Shown here: piece by piece, positions 31,382-47,166 of the stretch | Layout: each line of letters starts with the position of its first letter | Numbering within the stretch: position 1 is the first letter of the stretch | Origin: Eledone cirrhosa | Lineage: Eukaryota | NCBI GenBank assembly: GCA_964016885.1 | Contig: OZ024757.1 | Location: 34,782,001-34,846,000 of the forward strand | Reading direction: 5' to 3' | DNA length: 64,000 bases | Notes under the pieces: model-generated | Database searches by the model: none | What the model was told of the DNA's origin: nothing | The model's input: the letters and a program-made list of their open reading frames with translations, nothing else | Translations under genes and position numbers: made by a program

Positions 31382-33145
31382 ATAACCAGGTGATACTAGA
31401 AGGTGTCATACCAAAAGATTGGTGCAGTAGCATCATTGTCAACTGCTACAAAGGTAAAGGCGATGCACTAGATAGAGGAAACTATAGAGGTATAAAGCTG
31501 ATGGACCAGGTCATGAAAGTAACAGAAAGAGTTATAGCACAGATGATTAGGGACCGGGTGAAACTAGACGAGATGCAATTTGGGTTTGTACCAGGAAGAG
31601 GCACCACTGATGCCCTCTTCCTTGTCAGGCAGTTACAGGAAAAGTACTTAACTAAAAGTAAGCCACTCTACCTGGCATTTGTCGACCTTGAGAAAGCCTT
31701 TGACAGAGTTCCACGTGCTGTAATCTGGTGGACTCTTAGAAAACTAGGAGTAGATGAATGGCTTGTGAAAGCGGTACAAGCCATGTATAGGGGAGCAGTC
31801 AGCAAAGTTAGGATTAGCAATGCGTATAGCGAGGAATTTAGCGTACAGGTTGGGGTCCACCAGGGCTCTGTTCTTAGCCCGCTCCTGTTCATCATAGTCC
31901 TGCAGGCAATAACGGAGGAGTTTAAGACCGGATGCCCATGGTAACTCCTGTATGCTGATGACCTCGCACTTATAGCTGAATCTATGGTAGAACTAGAGAA
32001 GAAATTCCAAACTTGGAAGCAGGGACTAGAAAGAAAGGGTCTCAAAGTCAACATGACAAAGACTAAGGTCCTTGTAAGTAGACAAGAAAACAGAACCCAG
32101 ATCCCCTCAGGGAAATGGCCTTGCTCAGTATGTAGGAAAGGTGTAGGTAGGAACTCCATTCTCTGCCTCAAATGCAAACAATGGGTACACAAGAGATGTA
32201 GCGGGATCTCAGGAAGCTTAATTAAGAATGTAGGCTTCACATGCAGCAGCTGTGCTGGGACAGCAAGCAGCAAACACCCACAGGAAACAAGTACCACCAA
32301 TCTCTGGGAGCGCTCTGTAGAAACAGTAGACAGCTTCTGCTACCTAGGTGACCGAATTAGCAGCGGAGGTGGGTGTTCAGAAAGTACAATAACTAGGGTA
32401 AGAACGGGATGGAAGAAGTTTAGGGAACTACTACCACTGCTAGCTGCAAAAGGCTTCTCCCTTAAAATGAAAAGCAGACTATGATGCGTGTATCCGAACA
32501 GCGATGTTGCATGGTAGTGAGACCTGGGCGCTGAAGGTGGAAGACTTGCGTAGATTAGAGAGAAACAAAGCCTGCATGCTCCGATGGATGTTTAATAGTA
32601 ATATACGCGAACGACAAAGCATAAATGAATTGAGAGAGAGACTGAGCATAAGAGGAATCAAATGCTGTGTGCAGGAGAGGTGGTTGCGTTGGTATGGACA
32701 TGTGATGCGTATGAAGGATGACAGCTGCATAAAAAGGTGCAGAGCACTAGAAGTCGATAGAAGCCACGGAGTCGGGAGACCCAAGATGAGGTGATAAAAG
32801 CCGACCTTACCCAATTACACCTATCAAAGGCGATAACACGACCGTGACCTCTGGCGTCACGCAGTAATACAGAGTACCCCAACCTCCCATGGGTACAAGC
32901 TGAAGCATATAGACAATATGCCCCCACACCCCCCACTGCAAAGTGGTCGTGGAGGTGCCACGGCAAAAAAGCACCCAGCCCACACTGTAAAGTGGACGTG
33001 TAGGCGCCACGAAAAAGCACCCAGCACTCACTGTAAATGAGGTTGGTGTTAGGAAGGGCATCCAGCTGTAGAAATCAAGCCAGCATCAGTTCCCGTCCTA
33101 CCCTTGCAAGCAGGGAAAAGCCGACTTAAAATGATGATGATGATG
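31382..33145 (+). mobile_element. 5'-truncated RTE LINE, copy 3
   Basis: As copy 2. Confidence 0.93.
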
Positions 33146-33513
33146 TGTGTATATATATATGTGTGCGTGTATATATATATATATATGTGTGTGTGTGTAT
33201 ATATATGTGTGTGTATATATATATGTGTATATATATATATGTGTATATATATATATGTGTATATATATATATGTGTGTGTATATATATATATGTGTATAT
33301 ATATATATGTGTGTGTATATATATGTGTGTATATATATATGTGTGTGTGTGTATATATATATGTGTGTGTGTATATATATATGTGTGTGTGTATATATAT
33401 GTGTGTGTGTGTGTATATATGTGTGTGTGTGTGTATATATATGTGTGTGTATATATATATATGTGTGTATGTGTGTATATATATATGTATGTGTATATAT
33501 GTATGTGTATATA

Positions 33514-33554
<41 letters not shown>

Positions 33555-33564
33555 ATATATATAT

Positions 33565-33635
<71 letters not shown>

Positions 33636-34963
33636 TATATATATATATATATCAATTAGATACGATTGGAACAGTGTCTGAGTGTATTAAATTATATCAG
33701 GGACCTTTAACGTATGACACCGGCAAGCGTGATGAAAATTGTGAACGTCACCGCGTACCTGCTGTCTTCATTATAACTTTAATTAATCTAATTATATCTT
33801 GTGTATCGTCATCTGTCCTATCTATTCTTACTTTACAATTGTGTCTACTAAGAATTCCATTATAATCTGTAGTAGAAAAACGACTATTTCACCAGAACAT
33901 CTGCTATCAGTCATTTATGGACAATATATATATATTAGACCACATATCAACCTAATATATACATATTTCCTATCAAATCTCTGGCTAAAGATATAAATAT
34001 TTTGAAGGTAATTCAAGAATTTTTATCATGATTAAGTTTTTTTTCACTAATTTATTATGTTTTAATTTTAAAATATTTCTAACTAACTATATTTTGTGTT
34101 ATAAACCGTCTAAAAATTGTTATTTATACCAGGCCAGGAAATGTAAATTAAATTTACAAATGTGATTATATACACGCGTCAAAAATATATATACATTGAG
34201 TTCAAATCCCGCCGTTGTTAACTTTGCCTTTCATCCTTACGGGGTCGATAAAATAAAGTACCAGTAATGGACTGAGTAATTGCTGGCCTTGTGCCTAAAA
34301 CAGAAAATTAGATATTTTCCCTATACATTATCCATAATAGACAATATATTATACCTCCCCATCTAATATATTTTCCTACGACCTCTTAACTACACGGTCA
34401 ATTAAACAATTAACACTTTTTACTTTCTCATCGTTTTTACCTAAAAACAAACAACTTCATCCACTATCTTCAGTTAATTTTAAATTTCTTTCCTCAATTC
34501 CAATCTCTTCCCTTCAATGTTTTAATATCTCAGTCCTATTCTTGCACCTTTATTTTAAATATTTACTCATTCATTTCCCCGTATTTGGTACACCTCATAA
34601 TCCCCTTTCTCTTTGTTAGTTCTCATTGTTTCCTTTCTTATTTTCTCAGTCTCAACCTCCCTGTCCCCTATATTTAAATATCACCTCACTATCGTTACTA
34701 TGCTTTTACAATTTTTAAATTTACTGCGGTTTCATCCATGTGGAATATTACAGTCTTTGAATTTTTAATTCTAATGTTTTTTCCATCTCTTTCTCTTCCA
34801 CAGTATTTACCTACCTTTTACGTGTGTGTGTCTCTCCTTTCTGTTGTCCTACGTCTTGTTTTTGTGTGTTGTGTGCTTAGTTTGTGCATTTGTTACATCC
34901 GAGTGTGTGTTTATTTATCTAGTCACTAGTTGGTTGGTTCTTCATCTGTGTGTGTCTGATTTG

Positions 34964-36109
34964 GGCACTACCATGCTATTAGCTGTCAGAAGTGAAAGTT
35001 TCGTCAACTTTCTCAATCGTAAACATCGTTTATTTCCGTATTACCACGCGTTATTTAAATAAAGCATATCGATGTAAGTGGAGTTACTTAAATGAAAATA
35101 TAGGTAGCCCTTAAAAGGGCCAAATTACAAAACAAATTTAAGTTAATTAGAAAACAAGTCATGGTTATCAAATAAATTGGATTTAATCATTTATATTTTC
35201 ATAGTCATGGTTATCAATTTCATGTATAGGGTTGGTGAAAAAAATTTGATAACCTGTAACGGAATTATGTGTGATTGTAACGATAAGTGGATGGATGGAT
35301 GGAACTGTAGGTATAGTGGTTTCGATGTAAAGAAAAAGACCAGGTTTGTGTCGTTACAAAGTTTATTTTATTATAACAATATTCAATTTGAATATTGAAT
35401 GATAAAATCAATAACACAAAATATTCATACAATAATTTGGTGGCTCTTCGAGACACGTAAATTCAAGTATCACAGAATACGATTATAATATAATTTGTAC
35501 TGTATCAGAAAGGTACAATATGTGTAAACAGAAATGAATGGTGCGTGTACAAATGCTGGCCTCGCTATGAATGCGTGTGTGCGTATCAGTATATTTACTT
35601 ATTTGTATTGCAGGAGTCGGCGATCAGCCAGGAAGGTGAGAATAAGTGGCAGACTGGTTATTCGTGACGAGAGCTTGTAAATGCCACTTGTCTTGTCTGT
35701 TGTATATCACTTCTTTTCTGTCGAGGCGTAAACAACCCCTGTATTTATAAGAGTTGAAGTTAGGATAGATATATCCTCTGAACTTTGGTTTGTCTCCCAA
35801 GGGATTAGTTTGCCAAGCGTAAACAAGTCAGAAAGATGACCTGTGTTTAGCCTCTCCCAAGGTGTTAGTCTCTTGAGCGTAAACAAGTTACCACGGCTTG
35901 TCCCAGAGACGGGAAAGCTCAGATTCGGTTTCGAACTTCGCTGCCGTTATGCACCATATATTTGTTTTCTAATTTGGCCCTTTTAAGGGCCACCTATATT
36001 TTCACTTACATCGATATGCTTTATTAAAATAACGCGTGGTAATACGATGTTTACGATTGAGAAAGTTGACGAAACTTTCACTTCTGACAGCTAATAGCAT
36101 GATAGTGCC
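34964..36109. mobile_element. Merlin-like TIR element, copy 3
   Basis: Same TIRs and TSD. Confidence 0.8.
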
Positions 36110-39100
36110 CTGATTTGTTTTGTGAGTTAGAAATGAGTGTTTTGCTAATTAGCGTTTTTATGGGAATAGCTGGTCTTTCAACTATGTTAATATTTAATTT
36201 GAGTTTGTCTAGGGCCCTTCTAAATCTATAAGCTAGTTCGCCTCTATGGGTTGTATTGACAAACATTACACTCTGGTATTTATTGCTATCATACCATGAG
36301 TTTATTTTATTTGCATTATTCCTAAGCCTTTCTATTCTGTTTCAAAATATGCTCTTATACATGGGGTAAGTTCCGTTTGCATCATTTTCTACCATCTTTG
36401 CCCATTTAGTTCTAGCTCCTTTATATACCCTGATCTTGTCTCTGATTTTAGCCAGAGAACTGCATGTGGTGAATAAAGTGTTGTCTCTTTAAGTATTTGG
36501 TGTTTGACATGCAGGACACGTTCCTCATCACTCTTACTAAGTCCACAATCAGTATGTTGATTTTTTAATGTGGTCCGAAACAGCTGAGTTTCAGTGGATC
36601 AGGTATTTGGAGGTCATGGGTTTGGCATAATGCAAATGGAGGATTTGAGTTCTATTACTAATAGTTTCCAACCACATTTCTGTGTCTAGTACAGGTAATC
36701 TATGGTTGGGGTGTTTATTTGGGTAGTCTATGTGTAGACTACCCAAATATTATACTACATCAATATTTTCAAGGTATTTCCACAATTTTCATCATTATTA
36801 CGTTTTTTTTCACTAATTTATTGTTTTATTTTAAAAGTATTTCTGACTAACTTTGCTATTTTTTTGTTATAAACCATCTAAAAATTGTTATTCATACCAC
36901 GCCAGGAAATATATTATTAAATTTACATATGAGATTATATACATGTCAAAAATATATATACATTATATATTTTTTCTATACATAAGACGCACCACGCTTC
37001 AAAGACCAGCACTGTACTGAGGACTTTGCCGCAGTCTTCCAGGGTTTATCCAAATCGAAGCTCATCAACAGGTTCTCTAAGGGAGCTCGGAATAGCTTTG
37101 CACTTTTCACCTCAGTTTAAATCGAGCTCAGTGCCTACCAACAGGCAATTGATAAACCTCAAGTATGGCAAATTCATCGAATTTGACATGAAAGGAGCTG
37201 TCCGTCTCCTCTCTTCTCTGTCCTCCTTTACTCCGTGTAACTCTGATTCTCTTGATAGACTGAAAGAGAAGCACCCATCGGTACCCCCAGATGATCAGTT
37301 CCACTGGCCTGAACCACCAGAATACTCAAGACTGGTCTACACTACAGATAACATCAGAAAGGTGTTTACATCCTTCCCCACTAGTTCAGGCTCAGGATTG
37401 ATGGCCTTCGACCTCAGCACCTCAAGGATGGTATCTCCTTATTGACTTGTTATGCCAGACTCGAGCTCTTGGAGAGTCTGAATCAGTTATCTTCAGTGAT
37501 TGTTCTCCCCTATATCTGCCCACTGTTCTTCGGTGCCAAATTATTCAGTCTCACTAAACCCAACAAAGACCTGGGCCCCATTGTGGCTGGTTCACTCTCC
37601 GCCGTCCCACTGCAAAGGTGTGTTTGCTATCAGTCTGACTCACTGTGAGGGGAATTTCCCCCCCTCCAGCTAGGAGTTGGTACCAAGCTGGGATGTGAGG
37701 CTGTTGCCTACGCTACCTGGGCCTTTTCCAACTTGCCTTCCTTTGTCCCTCAGGGTCATCCCCAAACTTCACCACAAGAACACATTCAACTCTGTTAGCC
37801 GCAATGACGTCCTCAGCTCGGTAAGTGAGAAGGTCCCACAACTCTACCACTTTGTTTGACAGGCTTATCAGGAACCCTCCTGCCTCTCTTTATATATAGA
37901 TATATATATATATGTGTGTGTGTATATATGTTAAACTGTTCGTATACACGCATTATACAAGCTACTCCTTGTTTTCAGGGAAAAGCCTTTAGTAGATAGC
38001 AGTGGTAGTAGCTCCCTGAACTTTTTCTATTCCATGTTCACTCAGGCTACTGTACTTACAGAACACCTACCTCCACTGCTGATTTGGTCACCAAGGTAGC
38101 AGAAGCTGTCTACTTCTTCTATGGAACCCCCCAAGAATTTGATAGAGCTTCTTTCCTGTGGCCGTTTGTTGCCTACTGCTCCTGTGGAATGACATGTAAA
38201 ACATACGTTGTTAGCTAACCTACCTGAGATCCCACTACATCTCTCATATACCCATCATTTGCATTTTGGATAGAGTATAGAATTTCTACCTACACAATTC
38301 TTGCACACTGAGCAAGGCCATTTCTCTGAGAGGATCAGGGCTCTGTTTTCCCTTCTAATTCTGCCATGGATTCAGCTATAATTGTTAGATCATCTACACA
38401 CAGGAGTTCCCATGGGAAGCCAGTCTTAAACTCCTCTGTTATAGCATGCAGGATGATAATAAACAAAAGAGGGTTAAGAACAGAGCCCTGGTAGACACCA
38501 ACCTGCACTCCAAATTCTTCACTATAGTCCATGTTAATCCTAACTTTGCTGATTTCTCCCCTATACATGGCTTTGACCATGTATTTGAAACATGTACCAG
38601 ACAGTTTCAGGAAGCTCTTTACAGTATAGAACTTTATTATGTAGTCACCAATGAAACCAGACACCAACAGATGTCCCTTCATCATCAAAGCAACTCCCTG
38701 AAATACAGATACTCAATCCCTACTTGGCTGGCTCACCCAGACATATTCCTAAAGAAATGTAACCCTGGTGGAGTCGAAGGGGTACTCTAGAGACATACAG
38801 TGTTTCTTGGGTATTTCTTATAACCTGATGGAGCCTATCTCCTCATCAGGTCTGAACACTTGTAACTCCTGGTCTAAACACAGGTGATTTCTCCCAGAGA
38901 AGGAGAGTGATATAGAAATGAGAAAGAGATATAGAGAAAGAATTGACTCCCACTAATCAAAAGGTGGAGGTTAAAATGTTGACGTGTCATCAGGAGAGGA
39001 GATGATAGCTATGTTAGAAAGTTGTATTAGAATAGATTTCCTGGGAAAATGTCAGAGAGTAGACTTCCCAAGAGGTTGAATGATAAACTTTATAGAACAT

Positions 39101-39571
39101 GCTGGAATACCACAACTCACATTGGAGAGAATTGCTCTGGACAGGAAAGTTGGTATCTACAGTTTACCAATATAGAAATATAAAATTTCCACTTTTAAAT
39201 CTATCACTGCTCATTAAGTATTCTCTATTATCTCATACTGTTTCTTTCTTATTTCAGAATAACAGATGACATTGGGATAAATTATTATTTTTAATCCTGG
39301 ATACATCACCTATATTTAGCTTTTTATACAGAACTGATATAACACTGTTTATATAAATCTGTGGTTGAATTACTTTGAAATATTTCCCCAGAACTGAGTT
39401 TTTTTTTTGGGGGGGGGGGGGGGGGGCAAAATTTCTTTTCTTCACTATAAGATATATTTTGTATTTTTACTAAATTTGGATGAAAAAGTAGTTTGCATTA
39501 TATTCAAATATTAACTGAGATCACAGTTGAGGGAAATACAGTAGAAAAACTATTTTCAAGATAAAATCATT

Positions 39572-40852
39572 ATGGAAGACAGAGTGTGTGAGAAGATAAA
39601 ATCTGAAACACTGTCTAAAAGGATAAATATTCCAGATGAGATGCTGAAGGATAGAGGAGAGAAGCCATATCACTGTAATATCTGTAAAAAGTCATTCTCT
39701 TATAATAGCCACTTAACTAAACACAAACATGTACATACAGGAGAGAGGCCATATCACTGTGAGCTCTGTAAAAAGTCATTCTCTTATAATAGCCACTTAA
39801 CTACACACAAATGTATACATACAGGAGACAAGCCATATCACTGTAATATCTGTGGTAAATCATTCTCTCAAAAAGGAATCTTAACTAGACACAAATCTAT
39901 ACATACAGGGGAGAAGCCATATCACTGTGATATCTGTGGTAAATCATTCTCTCTAAAAGGAAACTTAACATCTCATATATCTATTCATACAGGAAACAAG
40001 CCATATCACTGTGATATATGTGGTAAATCATTTGCTCAAAGTTTTCACTTAACTAGACACAAACATATACATACAGGAGGGAAGCCATATCACTGTGATA
40101 TCTGTGGTAACTCATTCTCTGCAAGTAGTACTTTAACTACTCACAAGCGTATACATACAGGTAAGAAGCAATATTACTGTGACATCTGTGGTAAATCTTT
40201 CTCTGAATCAAGTTCATTAACTACTCACAAGCGGATACATACAGGTGAGAAGCCATATCGCTGTGATATCTGTGGTAAATCATTCTCTGTAAGTAGTACT
40301 GCAACTACTCACAAACGTATACATACTGGAGACAAGCCATATCACTGCGAGTTCTGTAGTAAATCATTCTCTCAAAGTTGCCAATTAACTAGGCACAAAC
40401 GTATACATACAGGAGAGAGACCATATCACTGTGATATCTGTGGTGAATCATTCTCTTTAAAAGGAAACTTAACATCTCACAAACGTATACATACAGGTGA
40501 GAAGCCATATCACTGTGATATCTGTGGTAAATCATTCTCTCAAAAAGGACCCTTAACATATCACAAATCTATACATACAGGAGAGAAACCATATCACTGT
40601 GATATCTGTGGTAAATCATTCTCTCAAAAGGGACACTTAACATCTCACAAATCTATACATACAGGGGAGAAGCCATATCAGTGTGATATCTGTGGTAAAT
40701 CGTTCTTTCAAAAAGGACACTTAACATATCACAAATCTATACATACAGGAGAGAAGCCATATCACTGTGATATCTGTGGTAAATCATTTTCTCAAAAAGG
40801 ACACTTAACATATCACAAATCTATACATACAGGAGAGAAGCCATATCACTGA
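39572..40852 (+). CDS. Chimeric C2H2 ZNF copy C3, 14 fingers
   Basis: 426-aa ORF, protein identical to C2. Confidence 0.88.
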   Translation: MEDRVCEKIKSETLSKRINIPDEMLKDRGEKPYHCNICKKSFSYNSHLTKHKHVHTGERPYHCELCKKSFSYNSHLTTHKCIHTGDKPYHCNICGKSFSQKGILTRHKSIHTGEKPYHCDICGKSFSLKGNLTSHISIHTGNKPYHCDICGKSFAQSFHLTRHKHIHTGGKPYHCDICGNSFSASSTLTTHKRIHTGKKQYYCDICGKSFSESSSLTTHKRIHTGEKPYRCDICGKSFSVSSTATTHKRIHTGDKPYHCEFCSKSFSQSCQLTRHKRIHTGERPYHCDICGESFSLKGNLTSHKRIHTGEKPYHCDICGKSFSQKGPLTYHKSIHTGEKPYHCDICGKSFSQKGHLTSHKSIHTGEKPYQCDICGKSFFQKGHLTYHKSIHTGEKPYHCDICGKSFSQKGHLTYHKSIHTGEKPYH

Positions 40853-42224
<1,372 letters not shown>

Positions 42225-42448
42225 AAAATAGTGCATCCAATGTTTTGAATAAAACTGTTTTACACAGAAATTATTCTCCTTTCTTTTTATTTGTAGAAGT
42301 TGTAACCAAGACTTTTTTTTGACAAAACTAACGTTCAGATTTACAAACATTATCTATGTATATGTATGTGAAGAAATTTGTGTCCATATATATATTTGTA
42401 TATAAGTATGTGCATATCTGTATTTGTATATAGTATGTGCATATCTGA

Positions 42449-44212
42449 ATAACCAGGTGATACTAGAAGGTGTCATACCAAAAGATTGGTGCAGTAGCAT
42501 CATTGTCAACTGCTACAAAGGTAAAGGCGATGCACTAGATAGAGGAAACTATAGAGGTATAAAGCTGATGGACCAGGTCATGAAAGTAACAGAAAGAGTT
42601 ATAGCACAGATGATTAGGGACCGGGTGAAACTAGACGAGATGCAATTTGGGTTTGTACCAGGAAGAGGCACCACTGATGCCCTCTTCCTTGTCAGGCAGT
42701 TACAGGAAAAGTACTTAACTAAAAGTAAGCCACTCTACCTGGCATTTGTCGACCTTGAGAAAGCCTTTGACAGAGTTCCACGTGCTGTAATCTGGTGGAC
42801 TCTTAGAAAACTAGGAGTAGATGAATGGCTTGTGAAAGCGGTACAAGCCATGTATAGGGGAGCAGTCAGCAAAGTTAGGATTAGCAATGCGTATAGCGAG
42901 GAATTTAGCGTACAGGTTGGGGTCCACCAGGGCTCTGTTCTTAGCCCGCTCCTGTTCATCATAGTCCTGCAGGCAATAACGGAGGAGTTTAAGACCGGAT
43001 GCCCATGGTAACTCCTGTATGCTGATGACCTCGCACTTATAGCTGAATCTATGGTAGAACTAGAGAAGAAATTCCAAACTTGGAAGCAGGGACTAGAAAG
43101 AAAGGGTCTCAAAGTCAACATGACAAAGACTAAGGTCCTTGTAAGTAGACAAGAAAACAGAACCCAGATCCCCTCAGGGAAATGGCCTTGCTCAGTATGT
43201 AGGAAAGGTGTAGGTAGGAACTCCATTCTCTGCCTCAAATGCAAACAATGGGTACACAAGAGATGTAGCGGGATCTCAGGAAGCTTAATTAAGAATGTAG
43301 GCTTCACATGCAGCAGCTGTGCTGGGACAGCAAGCAGCAAACACCCACAGGAAACAAGTACCACCAATCTCTGGGAGCGCTCTGTAGAAACAGTAGACAG
43401 CTTCTGCTACCTAGGTGACCGAATTAGCAGCGGAGGTGGGTGTTCAGAAAGTACAATAACTAGGGTAAGAACGGGATGGAAGAAGTTTAGGGAACTACTA
43501 CCACTGCTAGCTGCAAAAGGCTTCTCCCTTAAAATGAAAAGCAGACTATGATGCGTGTATCCGAACAGCGATGTTGCATGGTAGTGAGACCTGGGCGCTG
43601 AAGGTGGAAGACTTGCGTAGATTAGAGAGAAACAAAGCCTGCATGCTCCGATGGATGTTTAATAGTAATATACGCGAACGACAAAGCATAAATGAATTGA
43701 GAGAGAGACTGAGCATAAGAGGAATCAAATGCTGTGTGCAGGAGAGGTGGTTGCGTTGGTATGGACATGTGATGCGTATGAAGGATGACAGCTGCATAAA
43801 AAGGTGCAGAGCACTAGAAGTCGATAGAAGCCACGGAGTCGGGAGACCCAAGATGAGGTGATAAAAGCCGACCTTACCCAATTACACCTATCAAAGGCGA
43901 TAACACGACCGTGACCTCTGGCGTCACGCAGTAATACAGAGTACCCCAACCTCCCATGGGTACAAGCTGAAGCATATAGACAATATGCCCCCACACCCCC
44001 CACTGCAAAGTGGTCGTGGAGGTGCCACGGCAAAAAAGCACCCAGCCCACACTGTAAAGTGGACGTGTAGGCGCCACGAAAAAGCACCCAGCACTCACTG
44101 TAAATGAGGTTGGTGTTAGGAAGGGCATCCAGCTGTAGAAATCAAGCCAGCATCAGTTCCCGTCCTACCCTTGCAAGCAGGGAAAAGCCGACTTAAAATG
44201 ATGATGATGATG
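42449..44212 (+). mobile_element. 5'-truncated RTE LINE, copy 4
   Basis: As copy 3. Confidence 0.93.
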
Positions 44213-44580
44213 TGTGTATATATATATGTGTGCGTGTATATATATATATATATGTGTGTGTGTGTATATATATGTGTGTGTATATATATATGTGTATATA
44301 TATATATGTGTATATATATATATGTGTATATATATATATGTGTGTGTATATATATATATGTGTATATATATATATGTGTGTGTATATATATGTGTGTATA
44401 TATATATGTGTGTGTGTGTATATATATATGTGTGTGTGTATATATATATGTGTGTGTGTATATATATGTGTGTGTGTGTGTATATATGTGTGTGTGTGTG
44501 TATATATATGTGTGTGTATATATATATATGTGTGTATGTGTGTATATATATATGTATGTGTATATATGTATGTGTATATA

Positions 44581-44621
<41 letters not shown>

Positions 44622-44631
44622 ATATATATAT

Positions 44632-44702
<71 letters not shown>

Positions 44703-46028
44703 TATATATATATATATCAATTAGATACGATTGGAACAGTGTCTGAGTGTATTAAATTATATCAGGGACCTTTAACGTATGACACCGGCAAGCGTGATGA
44801 AAATTGTGAACGTCACCGCGTACCTGCTGTCTTCATTATAACTTTAATTAATCTAATTATATCTTGTGTATCGTCATCTGTCCTATCTATTCTTACTTTA
44901 CAATTGTGTCTACTAAGAATTCCATTATAATCTGTAGTAGAAAAACGACTATTTCACCAGAACATCTGCTATCAGTCATTTATGGACAATATATATATAT
45001 TAGACCACATATCAACCTAATATATACATATTTCCTATCAAATCTCTGGCTAAAGATATAAATATTTTGAAGGTAATTCAAGAATTTTTATCATGATTAA
45101 GTTTTTTTTCACTAATTTATTATGTTTTAATTTTAAAATATTTCTAACTAACTATATTTTGTGTTATAAACCGTCTAAAAATTGTTATTTATACCAGGCC
45201 AGGAAATGTAAATTAAATTTACAAATGTGATTATATACACGCGTCAAAAATATATATACATTGAGTTCAAATCCCGCCGTTGTTAACTTTGCCTTTCATC
45301 CTTACGGGGTCGATAAAATAAAGTACCAGTAATGGACTGAGTAATTGCTGGCCTTGTGCCTAAAACAGAAAATTAGATATTTTCCCTATACATTATCCAT
45401 AATAGACAATATATTATACCTCCCCATCTAATATATTTTCCTACGACCTCTTAACTACACGGTCAATTAAACAATTAACACTTTTTACTTTCTCATCGTT
45501 TTTACCTAAAAACAAACAACTTCATCCACTATCTTCAGTTAATTTTAAATTTCTTTCCTCAATTCCAATCTCTTCCCTTCAATGTTTTAATATCTCAGTC
45601 CTATTCTTGCACCTTTATTTTAAATATTTACTCATTCATTTCCCCGTATTTGGTACACCTCATAATCCCCTTTCTCTTTGTTAGTTCTCATTGTTTCCTT
45701 TCTTATTTTCTCAGTCTCAACCTCCCTGTCCCCTATATTTAAATATCACCTCACTATCGTTACTATGCTTTTACAATTTTTAAATTTACTGCGGTTTCAT
45801 CCATGTGGAATATTACAGTCTTTGAATTTTTAATTCTAATGTTTTTTCCATCTCTTTCTCTTCCACAGTATTTACCTACCTTTTACGTGTGTGTGTCTCT
45901 CCTTTCTGTTGTCCTACGTCTTGTTTTTGTGTGTTGTGTGCTTAGTTTGTGCATTTGTTACATCCGAGTGTGTGTTTATTTATCTAGTCACTAGTTGGTT
46001 GGTTCTTCATCTGTGTGTGTCTGATTTG

Positions 46029-47166
46029 GGCACTACCATGCTATTAGCTGTCAGAAGTGAAAGTTTCGTCAACTTTCTCAATCGTAAACATCGTTTATTT
46101 CCGTATTACCACGCGTTATTTTAATAAAGCATATCGATGTAAGTGGAGTTACTTAAATGAAAATATAGGTAGCCCTTAAAAGGGCCAAATTACAAAACAA
46201 ATTTAAGTTAATTAGAAAACAAGTCATGGTTATCAAATAAATTGGATTTAATCATTTATATTTTCATAGTCATGGTTATCAATTTCATGTATAGGGTTGG
46301 TGAAAAAAATTTGATAACCTGTAACGGAATTATGTGTGGTTGTAACGATAAGTGGATGGATGGATGGAACTGTAGGTATAGTGGTTTCGATGTAAAGAAA
46401 AAGACCAGGTTTGTGTCGTTACAAAGTTTATTTTATTATAACAATATTCAATTTGAATATTGAATGATAAAATCAATAACACAAAATATTCATACAATAA
46501 TTTGGTGGCTCTTCGAGACACGTAAATTCAAGTATCACAGAATACGATTATAATATAATTTGTACTGTATCAGAAAGGTACAATATGTGTAAACAGAAAC
46601 GAATGGTGCGTGTACAAATGCTGGACTCACTATGAATGCGTGTGTGCGTATCAGTATATTTACTTATTTGTATTGCAGGAGTCAGCGATCAGCCAGGAAG
46701 GTGAGAATAAGTGGCAGACTGGTTTTTCGTGACGAGAGCTTGTAAATGCCACTTGTCTTGTCTGTTGTATATCACTTCTTTTCTGTCGAGGCGTAAACAA
46801 CCCCTGTATTTATAAGAGTTGAAGTTAGGATAGATATATCCTCTGAACTTTGGTTAGTCTCCCAAGGGATTAGTTTTCCAAGCGTAAACAAGTCAGAAAG
46901 ATGACCTGTGTTTAGTCTCTTGATCGTAAACAAGTTACCACGGCTTGTACCAGAGGCGGGAAAGCTCAGATTCGGTTTCGAACTTCGCTGCCGTTATGCA
47001 CCATATATTTGTTTTCTAATTTGGCCCTTTTAAGGGCCACCTATATTTTCACTTACATCGATATGCTTTATTAAAATAACGCGTGGTAATACGGAAATAA
47101 ACGATGTTTACGATTGAGAAGGTTGACGAACCTTTCACTTCTGACAGCTAATAGCATGATAGTGCC
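46029..47166. mobile_element. Merlin-like TIR element, copy 4 (most complete right TIR)
   Basis: TSD CTGATTTG at 46021-28 and 47167-74. Confidence 0.8.
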
